Origin: Azolla caroliniana
Taxonomy: Eukaryota; Plantae; Polypodiophyta
NCBI GenBank assembly: GCA_043228905.1
Contig: JBHGNT010000004.1
Location: 20,398,001-20,462,000, forward strand
DNA: 64,000 nucleotides
Direction: 5' to 3'
The notes under the pieces were generated by a model. It searched no databases, was not told the origin of the DNA, and saw only the letters and a program-made list of their open reading frames with translations. The position numbers were made by a program, and so were the translations under genes. Below, piece by piece: positions 26,900 to 38,900 of the stretch (the stretch's first letter is position 1; each line of letters starts with the position of its first letter).

Positions 26900-29800
26900 G
26901 TGAGTCGAGTTTTTTCAGCACAAGTCGAGCTTACCACATCTACATGTCATCGAGTCCTAGCCTCTGCCCTTCTAGATTCTGGAGCCAACTCTTGTTTCAT
27001 GGATCGTGANNNNNNNNNNNNNNNNNNNNNNNNNNNNNNNNNNNNNNNNNNNNNNNNNNNNNNNNNNNNNNNNNNNNNNNNNNNNNNNNNNNNNNNNNNN
27101 NNNNNNNNNAAGCCAACTCTTGTTTCATGGATCGTGAATTTGCCTTGTCACAAAACATCCTCTTGAATAAGCTTCCCAACCCAGTAGCCGTAGGAGTCAT
27201 CGATGGACGTCCCATAGCATCAGGAGATATAGTCGAGGAGTCCGAGCCAATTAGGATAGTTCTTGGCAATTTGGCAAGCATAATCTCTTTCAATATTATT
27301 CGTAGTCCGGACCACCCAATAGTTCTAGGTCTCCCCTGGTTTGAACTCCATAACCCGAAGATTGATTGGATGAAAAGAACAATTGAGGAGACTCGGGAAA
27401 AAAGCACAAATCCCGCATCCCTCTCTCCTACATGTGCTAATAGATCCCCGGAGTTATCGCCCATCTCTTTACGACAGTTCCGGGAGGAAGGGGGGAACGA
27501 GGCCATGTTCGTCTTCGCAATAGTAGCAACTCCATCATCCACTTCACGTGACGCGGATATTAAACTACCAGAGAAATACAAGGAGTTTTCAGATGTCTTT
27601 GATAAGGTGAAGGCCAATACATTGTCGGAGCATCGGCCATACGACTGCCCTATTGACTTACAACCAGGGAAAGAACCTCCATGGGGCCCAATTTATAATC
27701 TCTCCCCTGTAGAGCTAGAGACTTTGCGGGAATATATTGATGAGAATCTGGCAAACGGATTCATTCGGCATTCTAGATCCCCTGCTGGTGCACCTATCTT
27801 CTTCGTTAAGAAGAAGAATGGGACTCTTCGGTTGGTCGTGGATTCTCGAGGGCTAAACAAAGTGACTATCCGAAATAGATATGCTCTACCATTAATCCCG
27901 AATCTTTTGGAACGTCTCAGTGGTGCAAAATATTTCACGAAGTTGGACCTTCGCGGAGCATATAATCTAGTTCGGATTCGCCCGGGGGATGAATGGAAGA
28001 CAGCTTTCCGCACTCGCTATGGACATTTTGAGTATACAGTGATGCCATTTGGTCTCACGAATGCACCTGCTGTTTTCCAACATATGGCGAACGATATTTT
28101 TCGAGATTTTCTTGATATCTTCACTATAGTTTACCTAGATGATATTTTAATCTACTCAAAGACCCAAGAGGAGCATGATGCACATGTTCGTCAAGTACTG
28201 TGCCGACTCCGAGAATATGGTCTCTACGCAAAATTAGAAAAGTGTAGTTTCGGCCAGAATCAAGTGGAATTTTTGGGGTATGTTGTATTGTCAAATGGTA
28301 TTGCTATGGACCCCATGAAGGTACAGGCAATTTTAGAGTGGCAAATGCCCCTTTCAGTGCGTGATGTGCAATGTTTTCTCAGGTTTGCAAATTTTTATCG
28401 GAAATTTATTAAAGATTATTCCAAGGTTGTGCTTCCCCTTACTCAACTCACACATAAAGATCAACCATTTATATGGAGTTCAGATGCATCCGAGGCATTC
28501 GAAAGCTTAAAACGAGCATTTACAACGGCACCTATCTTAGCACATGTCGACCCAACAAAACGCTTCATCCTCGAAGCCGATGCATCCGATTTTGCACTAG
28601 GGAGTGTCCTCTCGCAGACTGGAGATGATGGACAACTACACCCTGTCGCCTTTCATTCACGAAAGTTTGAAGCTGCAGAGATCAACTACGAGATCCATGA
28701 CAAAGAGCTTCTTGCAATCGTGGATTCGTTTCAACAATGGCGACATTTCCTAGAAGGTTCTTCTCAGCAGATCATTGTCTACAATGATCATAAGAACCTG
28801 ACTTATTTCCAAAATGCTCGAGTCTTGAGTCGGCGACAAGCCCGGTGGGCGCAATTTTTGACTCACTTCGACTTTATCATCATATATCGCCCTGGGATGC
28901 AGCAAGGCAAAGCAGATGCTCTTTCTCGGCGCTCTTATATGGAACTTCGTCCAGGGGAACCTGCTTTTGAGCATCAAAAACAAATCCTTTTGGGTCCTAA
29001 TCGATTACGATTAATGGTAGTTAACGCCATAACAGCTCTTGAAAATTCCACTCTTCTTGATTCCATTCGAGATCATATGGCCACTGATGATTTCGCCAAG
29101 GATGTTTTGGATCATATCGTCCCGGATTGTGCTTCTTGCTCACAGTCGAAAAATCCTCGTAATGACTATTGTCAGTTCTATTGGCATGATGGTTTTCTAT
29201 TTCGACAAAATTTATTGTATGTTCCTAATGGTCCCCCACGGCTACAAGTTTTGCAACATTGCCATGACTCACCAATGGCTGGTCATTTTGGAGTTCACAA
29301 GACTCTAGAATTTAATTTCTCGACGCTATTGGTGGCCTCGCCTTCGTCATTTTGTTGAGGAGTATGTTCGGAGTTGTGATATATGTTGTCGATCAAAGAA
29401 TCCTCGTCACCGACCCTATGGCTTACTACAACCACTTCCCATTCCGGAAACACCTTGGAAGTCTATATCCTTGGACTTCATTACTGATCTCCCAGTTTCA
29501 AAAGGTTTTGATGCAATTCTCACAGTGGTTGATCGATTTACCAAAATGGCACATTTCTTGCCATGTACAAAGTTGATTACTAGTCAAGAGACGGCTGATC
29601 TCGTTATGCGGGAGGTATTTAAGCATCATGGTCTGCCAGATGATATTATTAGTGATCGTGGTCCACAATTTATCTCAAAGTTTTGGAAGCACCTGTTCAA
29701 ACTTCTCCACATTTCAGTTAAGCTTTCTTCGGGCTATCATCCTGAAACAAATGGCCAAACAGAGCGTACCAACCAGACATTGGAACAATATCTTCGTTGT

Positions 29801-30157
29801 TTCATCAACTATCAACAAGATGATTGGGTTGCATTTTTGCACTTGGCGGAATTCGCTTACAACAACTCAGCCCATTCTTCTACAGGATATTCCCCATTTT
29901 TCGCAAATACGGGCTGTCATCCTCGATGGACGATGAATGCGCATCCAGAAGTTCCTACCAACCCTGCTGCCGAGGATCGTCTTAGTCGCCTCCAAGAAAT
30001 TCAAGCTAACATTCTCCACAATTTGCACGATGCTCAATTTACACACAAGAGGCTTGCCGATCGTCATCGTCTAGACTCCTCAAAAAAGTTCCGCATTGGG
30101 GATCATGTATGGCTTCTCCAACACAACATCAAGACCACTCGACCTTGCAGTAGATTG
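26900..30157 (+). pseudogene. Element C pol, plus copy: protease-RT-RNaseH-integrase, 1 bp frameshift at ~29311, truncated before the chromodomain
   Basis: ORFs 26900-27166 (ALLDSGA), 27127-29358 and 29471-30244. Confidence 0.88.
27010..27109. other. Assembly gap (100 N) with overlapping flanks
   Basis: agccaactcttgtttcatggatcgtga is present on both sides of the gap. Confidence 0.95.
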
Positions 30158-30692
30158 TACAACATCAGTTTGAACCAATTTAGGTTTGGGATGGGTGGTA
30201 GATCCCTATTTATAAGTAATAGAGAACTCTCTAGAATATTCTAGGTTATCCTAGAATGTAGCGTAATCTAGAAGATCTCTAGAGTATTCTAGAAGGTTCT
30301 AGTGGTATAGAACACTCTAGAATATTCTAGGTCATTCTAGAATGTAGAGTAATATAGAATATTCCTATGATATTAGATTTCATATTCTAGAGACTATACA
30401 TATAAGAATATTAATACAATGGTTAAGGATTTGACATGTGTACAATAAGGTCGTGGGTTCAAATCCTTTCGAGTCATAACGTGAGTGTCATGATCCTTTC
30501 GATGCATGATGTGACTGTTATCATGACAACCACTTGCAAAAGAGGGGAGACTTAACTATCTACTAAATATGTGTCATAGAACCGTAAAGTTCTATGACAC
30601 ACTAATTACTGTTCTAGGAGGTGGGGTGTTCACACACTTGAGTATATTAAGGTGTGTTCCCACACTAGGGAAGTTGAGTTTGATTCTCAACA

Positions 30693-32830
30693 ATTATGTA
30701 CATGCATGATGGCTTCTAAATTTCCATTATTGCAAGAGATGTGTTTAGAACCACAACCATGGTTATCTATTGTTCAAGGCTTTATTTAGAACGAGGGTAT
30801 AACACATGGGTGGACAACAATTAAGGCTTCATGGAGACAATTACTAAATGAATGTATTCAAATTAGTTTCCTCGCTCTTTGTGTGTTCAACACTTGGTTG
30901 TCTCATGGCATGAAGTGCTCTCATTATTTGTCATTAAAGGCCTTCTTCATTGATGGGGACTTGGGAGAATGTATAACGTTTTTAAGTGATGCCAATAGAT
31001 TACATAAGGTTTTACCTTCTATTATTCATAATGCTCAAAGCAAAGGAGTCTAAACAAGAATTAGCGTTGTTACGATTAGATATTGAGAAGGCATATGATG
31101 TGGATTGGTCATTTATAAAATAAGTTGATGTCTCGTGTAGGTTTTGTTGATAGTATATATAAGTCTATATATGCATTAAGGGAGGGTTTTGTTTCACATG
31201 TGATGTTTAATGGAGGAGTAACACAACCTATTTCTATTCGAATATAAATTAGACAACGATGCTCAATCACTCCTTTATTATTCATTAACACATCCTATTT
31301 TGTTAAATTACACAATATGGTTGTGGATGAAGAATTGTTTGGACAGAGGTTGTCATCAGGGTAACAATGTATTGTTCAAGCTCTCGCAAATGACAATATC
31401 ATGTTTATGGTACCTAATCGAGAATACTTTATTAAGACAAGATGTGTGTGGGCAATGTTTTCAAACACTTAAGGGTTGTGAATTAACATGCATAAATATG
31501 TCCTCATTTAATGTGCAGAACAATATGTGCTAGGGTTCGGGTGGTAAAAAATGATTTTGTCATCACCTTGGATATATAATTGGGATAGAAGTTTTGTGTG
31601 TGAAGCTTATCCATTGTGTATTTAAAAAATTGGAGGATTCATTTATGTATTCAATGTCTCAATTATGGCATTTTCATGTACGACTTAAGGTGAATTAATT
31701 ATGTTTTTATGGTATCTTATTATCTTCCTTTTCTATCGTGGTAAAATAAAAATGGTGTCACATTAAATGAGATATTGTTATGAGAGAGAAAAGGGAAAAG
31801 TTTTATGTCGTGGTTGGAATTGGATCATTTTGTACTTCAAAGTGTCATGGTGTGGCATCAATGGTGAATATATGTGAGCATATGGTTACTTGTCGATTTA
31901 CCTTCATTTGACTTGTTTTGGAGGATGTAGAGCTTTGTAGAGAAGACAAGAATTAGGCTTAGAAACATGGTGGTTGAAGCTAATTTGTGGAATATCATTA
32001 ATTCTAAAAGGGATGCCAAATGTGCAAGGTCTGTGATAGTTAACCATTTGTTGACATATTGGCAAAGTATGTTACATTTTATGCAAGGATTATTGTTGAA
32101 TTGTATGAGTCGAATCCTAATTTAGATGGAGGTTCTTAAGAGCTTGATTGGACATTTGCTGGAAAGAGGAGTTTGACAATGATATCAACAAATGATGTTT
32201 AACACAAGCTAATTGACAAGCATAAGTGGATGGAAGAAAGGGTTGTAAAGATATGGGGTTTTCATAAGCCCATTATGCGGTGGTTTCATGTGATCAATGC
32301 ATGTTGGTGTTATTTATTGATGTTACAAGCTAATGTATTCATTTGGAGAGTTATGATTAAAGCTTTACTATTGGGTGATGCATTAAACAAAATAAACATT
32401 ACTAGAGGAGTGTGTTTCTTTTGTTCGATGGATTTGGAATATGGAGTTTATTATCATCATATGAGTCAAAACTTTATTTGGGTGGGGGTTCTGAAGAGCT
32501 TGATTGGACATTTGTTGGAAAACCCATTACCAAGTGGTTTCATGTGATAAAGGCATGTTGGTGTTATTGATTGATGTTACGAGCTAAGGTATTCATTTGG
32601 AGAGTTATGGTTGGAGCTTTACCATTAGGGGATGCATTAAACAAAACAAACATTACTAAAGTAAAAATATCCTCATTCAATTGGGTTTTTTCACATATAG
32701 AAAATAGTGGAGTGATGCCTCGTTTCCAAATTATTTTTGAGTGCTTGACGTATTGGGGGCTATGGTACAATTGGAATATGTGAATGCCTTTCACTCTTGA
32801 TTCACAAGCTAGGGTGAGAAAATATGTTAT
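30693..32830 (+). pseudogene. Highly degenerate LINE (L1-like) ORF2 remnant
   Basis: Fragments LDIEKAYD.VDW, IRQ.CSITPLLF, KVFIWRVMVGALPLG and CFFC; similar to the LINE at 44450-46460. Confidence 0.7.
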
Positions 32831-34944
32831 AAAGTTAAAAGAAGTTGCCTTGCATATCGAGTTCCTATTTCCTTGTCTTCGAATGGCAATCCAAGAGCGA
32901 TGGGATAGTAATTCTCTTTCCTTGTGTTAAGAAAATCAAGAGGAACCAACAAAGACTCGTCTCCTTGCTTTTCAAGCTATGCCCATGGAGAAAAGCCACC
33001 AAAAAGGTTGGCATGATAATAAAGTCAAGGACACAAACATTGATGAAGGATGTTGGACTTGTATGTTATCTTCACACTATTTTTAAAGAAACTACAATGA
33101 TAGTACAATCATCAATGCTATTTTGTAAGGATATAAGTGCTTCAACCCCTCTACCCAAAAAGTGCACGTGAGTCGGGATGTCATATTTCACGAATCGGCA
33201 TCATGGTATGAACTTGAGCCAACTCTGCTTGAACCAATTACGACTGGCCTTAACAACACAGAGGACAATGATCACCTAAGGTAAATGCTCGAGGAGAGTC
33301 CGATCTCAACCGGATTGAGCGAACCACAAGAGCCTCCAAGCAACCAAAGCACAAATCAGACATGTGTTGAACTGGACAATGGCAAGGCCAAAATGCCGGA
33401 ATATGAAGATGATCAATCTAACGACAACGAATTGACTCACTCACTCGATAGTGAGTTTGATGCCTTTGATGTGCCCATCATGAGGACACCTGGAGCAAAG
33501 GAAGTGCTTACAACGGTAAATGAGAAACTCTATTGCTCCACCTGAGAAAAGAATGTTGTCAGCTGATTCGACTATAACGACTATATGGCATACCACTATG
33601 ATGAAGGTGGTGATTGTTCAGGAGCCGGAAAAATTTGCTGAAGCTGCAAAGGGCCCACGATGGGTCGAAGCGATGAACGAGGAGATGCAAGCTCTCAATA
33701 AGAACGAGTCATGGGATCTTGTCCCCCACTCACCTCACAAGAAGGCAATTGGCTTCATATGGATATACAATATGAAGTATAATGCTAACATCTCTGTCAA
33801 CCACTACAAATCTTGACTCGTAGCAAAAGGTTATGCACAGATACATGGAGTCGACTATAAAGAGCCCTTTGCCCTGGTGGCAAAGATGACAATTATGTGG
33901 ATCATGATAACACTTGTAGCATTCAAAGGGTGACAAAAGAACACCTTTCTACAAGGTGAATTAGACGAAGCGGCGTACATGGTACAACCACCCAGATTCG
34001 AATCGAGCACACATCCAACAACAACATGCCAACTCAAAAAGCCTCTCTACGGCCTCAAGCAGGCACCTAGAGCTTGGCACTTGAAAATAACCCAATATCT
34101 TCACCAAATCAGCTTCAAAATGTCCAAGTTCAACAACTCCATGTTCATTTGGACAGACTCCAAAGGACAAATATTCATCATAATATACGTCAACAACTTG
34201 GTCATTGGAGGAGAGCACATAGTCGATATCAATAATATCAAGAAGCTTCTCTTAGACTGATTCAAAATGAAGGACATGAAGGAGCTCCATTATGTTCTAG
34301 GCATAGAAGCAATTCGGACCCAAGAAAGGATTATGATCTCCCAACGACACTACATCCTCAAATTGTTATACAAGTTCGGGATGTCAAAGTGCAAATATGT
34401 GGCAACCCCTCTCGATAGAAACCTGAAGCTAAATATTGACTTTGGCACAAAAGAGTGTGAGCCAACTCACTATCGTCAATTTGTAGGCAGTCAGATCTAC
34501 CTTACCATTACCAACCCAACCTCAGTTATCTGGTCGGCCTCATTTGCCAATTTATGAAATCATCTCGCAACATTCATCTGGATTGTGTCAAGTGAGTGCT
34601 AATGTATGTAAGTGGGACAATGGATTATGAGATCCTCCACAAATTGGCCACGCCAATTTGACTCGAAGGGTACACTGATGTCGTAAGGGCAGGATACAAA
34701 GCCGCAGACGATCAATGTGAAGATTCGTCTTCTCCCTCAGCAGCAGAGGCATGTCATGGAGCAGTAAAAAGCAGCAAATAGTCGTATTGTCAGAGCACAG
34801 AGGCTAAATATAGGGGTGTGGTAGTGGCCACATGTTAAGCCGTATGGCTAAAGAGGATTCTCAAGGATTTGGACGTCTCCATCAAAGATCCAATCCTCCT
34901 ATATTGTGACAACATGAGCAACATTCACTTGGCTCGAAACCCGG

Positions 34945-35782
34945 TGTCGTGAAGATTTTTGGCAACGGTGTGAAAATTGTGCGCAACGAATGAAATCGAG
35001 AAGGTGCAATGTGCACGTGTGAAAGAGGTGAAGGCACGCTCGGAACCCGGTGTCGTGAAGATTTTTGGCAACGGTGTGAAAATTGTGCGCAACGAATGAA
35101 ATCGAGAAGGTGCAATGTGCACGTGTGAAAGGGGTGAAGGCCACACACATATGCTAGCATGTTGTAAATAGGACTGAAATGAGAATCGTAAAAGGAAAGC
35201 TAGATGTAAAGTTAAACATGTGCACGTGTGATGTGAGCTCAATTGTAAATATAAAAATAAGACTAAAGCCTAGTAACATTTAAGTGCATACATAAGTGTG
35301 GAAGCAAGGCTTGAACCTTGCACTTCCAAGATAGTAGACAAATTAACTTACCACTAAAGCCACTACTAAGTGCTTTAGAATTTATACATTTTCTTTTCAT
35401 ATTGAGTATTTTGTAGGAAACCATGGGCCAAAACCATGGTTTTAGCCCGTGGTTTTAGCCCATGGTTTTTGCATGGAGAGACCTATAAAAGCCTATAGTG
35501 GGGCTTGCGTAGGGAGGGGGGGGGGGGGGCAAGTGATGTAAGTAAAAAAGAAACTTTTAATAAAAGATCCGAGTTATCCTAATGGTGATGTATCTTGTCT
35601 TGTAAAACTAAAGTCAAGGGTTCAATCTCTATCTCAATCTCAATCTCTCTCTCTCTCTCTCTTCATCCATCTATCTATCTTCAATACTTTCTCGCTTACG
35701 CTGCTAAAAACATTGAATCCTTCTGGTCCAGGACCCCGGTGGTCCCGCTTCATTTCGCGAACACACGAGGATTTCCTCGACA
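34945..35782 (+). mobile_element. Solo-LTR-like insertion with CCGG target duplication
   Basis: Termini TGTCGTGAAGATT...CCTCGACA between CCGG copies (34941-34944, 35783-35786); removal restores Copia RNaseH LARNP|VFFNRTKHIEV; left end tandemly duplicated (~106 bp); TATA at ~35483. Confidence 0.8.
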
Positions 35783-35920
35783 CCGGTCTTCTTCAATCGG
35801 ACTAAGCACATCGAGGTGGACTATCATTTCATCTGAGACCTGTCCTAGTTGGAGATGTCGATGTTGGGAGCTGAGACTGTTAGTGCCAAAACATAAACAA
35901 CACCTTGCTATGAAGATCAT

Positions 35921-38900
35921 TGTTGGGAAGTCGGTCCCTCTGGATGGGATCCAATTATGAATGAAGAGGAACCAGTGAGAATTGGAAGAGATCCGGAAAC
36001 CAGATCAGATGGACACGGTGAGAACCGGAAGAGAAGACATATTTGTAAATATGTTTTGAGTAAGCCTATTGAGGCTATATTTGTAAATAGCCCTAAGTTC
36101 ATATAAGTATAAATATGACTTAGGGCAATCACTTTATATGGTTGTTGATATTGTTGTATAGGCATAATTGTTGTATAGAGAGAGAGTGACAGATAGTGAG
36201 AGAGAGAAGATACATGGTGATACTCTGTTGTAACCTCCACTTGGCGAAGAAACAGAGCTCGAGGTCGTTGCCTCCGAGTCTCTGATTGTACCTTTCTCAT
36301 ATAGTGATAGTTTGGAGTCTGTGGGCTCCCGTGGTTTTTCTGTATTAGGGTTTTCCACGTAAATATCATGTGTACTTTCTTTTGGTGTACGAGTATTCAT
36401 CTCTATTCCCATTTTTGTGTTTGATCCTTGAACGAAGTGATCTAGGACTCGGTTGTGGCTGAGCAATATTCCGCGCTATTTCCTACAAACTGGTATCAGA
36501 GCCAACAACATAGGAAATGGAAGAATCGTTTGGCAACATGTTCAAGCTCACCGGCTCCAATTACTCGGTGTGGAAGTCGAAGATGAGGGATATGCTAGTG
36601 GTTAAAGATCTTTGGTTGCCGGTTCAATTCGGGGACAAGAGACCAGATAAGATCGACGCCATAGTGTGGGAGGTGATGCACATGAAGACGACGACATGTA
36701 TCTGGTGCTTCATCGACATGAGCATGTACAACAATTTCAATGAAGAGAGCAAGGCTCATGGACTCTAAGAGAAGATCGGCATCATATTCCAGAACAAGAA
36801 TGTTGTTAATTGGGTTCCGGTATTCCGGAAGCTAGTGAGGCTCCGGTACCAAGACGGCTCCAGTATGGCGGATCACATCAATCTCTTCTAGGGACTGGTC
36901 AACTAGACAAACTCATTGGAAGTACATCTCGCCGATGAGGTACTCACATTGCTCCTGCTCGGTTCCCTCCCGGATAGTTGGGAGACGTTAGTTGTCACGT
37001 TGGGCAACGCCGAGCCGGAAGGAAAGCAGTTATCCCTAGCAAGGGTCAAATCAAGCTTGCTAGATGAAGAAGCTCGCCGGAAGGACCGGGAGTCCGGAAC
37101 CGATCCGAAGGCCTTGGTTACGGAAGATGACCACAACCGAGGAAGAGGTCGGTATCGGAGTCCCCAAAACCGGGACAAATTGGGGACGAGGTCGAAGTCA
37201 AGGGGGAGGCCTACTTGCTTCTCTTGTGGGAAGCTAGGGAACTCGAGAAGAATTGTCAACATTTTCGGAAAGAGAAAGAAACCGACACTACTGATTCGAA
37301 GAAGAGTTTAAACCGAAACAGTTCCAACCCGAGAGGCCTGGATTGGAAAGGAAAGTCGGCAATCGTGACAAGTGAAGAAGAACTGATGCTCATTACCAAG
37401 GAGAATGAGTTAAACCTTGTCGGTGATGAGACAACGTGGGTTGTCGATTTCGGAGTGTCGTTCCACCTGACACCGGACCGGAGGTGCTTCTCATCTTACA
37501 CAACTAGAGATCACAATTGTGTCCGGATGGGGAATGAAGGTACATGTCGAATTGTTGGCATAGGAGATGTGTTGTTGACAACATCAACTGGATGCAAATT
37601 GCTGCTAAAGGATGTCCGACACGTTCCGGAGGTTCGGTTGAACCTGATATCAGCCGGCCGGCTAGATGATGAAGGCTACACGGGTAGCATCCGGAACAGA
37701 GTCATGAAATTCAACAAAGGAAGTGTGATTGTGGCTTGAGCCTGGAAGATCAACCCGCTATACTTGATGCATGCTCGGATATGCCGGGGAGTGAACCTAG
37801 CATCCGACATTGCAGGTGAGTTGTGGCACAAGAAACTGTGTCATATGAGCCAGAAGGGGATGAGAAGACTAGCTGAAGACAACCTCATTCTGGAGGTGAA
37901 AAACGTGCATATTGAGAAGTGCACCCATTGGTTAGCCGGCAAGCAAAACCGAACCTCCTTCCGGTCAAGATCATCGATGAGATGGAATGCACCACTGGAG
38001 CCAATGCATACCGATGTGTGTCAAGTGGACACAAAGTCACATGTTGGATCGTAGTACTTCGTGATATTCATAGATGACCACAACCGGAAGTTGTGGGTCT
38101 CACCGTTGAAGACGAAGGATCATGTGTTATCCGTCTTCAAGAAGCTCCACGCGAGGGTTGAAAGAGAAACCGGCCGGAAGGTAAAGGCGGTTCGAGTAGA
38201 CAATAGAGAAGAATACCGGGGGCAGTTCGAGGAGTGTTGTTGGTCTAAGGGAATCCGACTCGAATTCACCGTGCTGAAGACGCTGAAATTGAACGGGATG
38301 GCTGAACGGATGAACCAGACCATAATGGAGAGAGCCCGCAGCATGCTAGCACATGCCAAGTTACCCAAGATGTTTTGGGCTGAGGCGCTGATGATGACGA
38401 CCTATGTGATAAACAGATCACCCTCGGTACCCTTGGACGGAGACACACCGCAAAGAGTATGGACCAGTAAGGACGTATCCTACCGGCATCTAAAGGTGTT
38501 CGGATGTCTCACTTACGTGCATGTGACGAAGAGCAAGAGAGCAAAGCTGGATCCGAAGTCCTAACCATGCATATTCCTTGGATATGGCGATGATGAGTTC
38601 GGTTACCGTGTGTGGGATCTGGTCGACAAGAAGGTGTTCCGGAGTCGGGACATAGTCTTCATGGAAGACAGGACCATTGCCGACTGGGAGTCGGAGAAGA
38701 AGGTGATGAACTCCTGACCATCCAATGAAAACCGGCTTGAGGACATAAGGACTTACCTTGTTGAAAACCGGATGACATTCGATGAACCGGCCGGATATAG
38801 ACAAGAAACCGAACCGATCGGAGAAGAAGAAGAAGAAGAAGAAGAAGACACTAGAACAGGACAAGATCCCGAATCGGATTTGGATTTGGAACAAACGGAG

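Larger units (their letters stand above)
21812..30528 (-). mobile_element. Tcn1-like chromoviral Gypsy element C with internal inverted duplication
   Basis: TSD ACCAC at 21807-21811 and 30529-30533; complete 3' LTR 21812-22346, extra partial LTR 22400-22610, U3-only 5' LTR 30170-30528; pol copies on both strands. Confidence 0.88.
11974..30692 (-). mobile_element. Copia-type LTR element E (gag only, no pol) hosting nested insertions
   Basis: 3' LTR 11974-12392; 5' LTR 21605-30692, split by element C; iMet PBS tggtatcagagcga (rc 21591-21604); PPT rc of 12393-12403; TSD attct/attat; gag fragments EKLDKNNFASWEYKM, RKLQLRQELNNIQQ and a zinc-knuckle remnant. Confidence 0.88.

Noticed and set aside
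26980-27140. Tandem duplication in the protease gene
   Set aside because: Identical 27 bp flanks around a 100-N gap indicate a contig overlap artefact.
35415-35472. Palindromic AAACCATGG/CCATGGTTT cluster as an ncRNA
   Set aside because: It is a short internal LTR repeat upstream of a TATA, with no further support.
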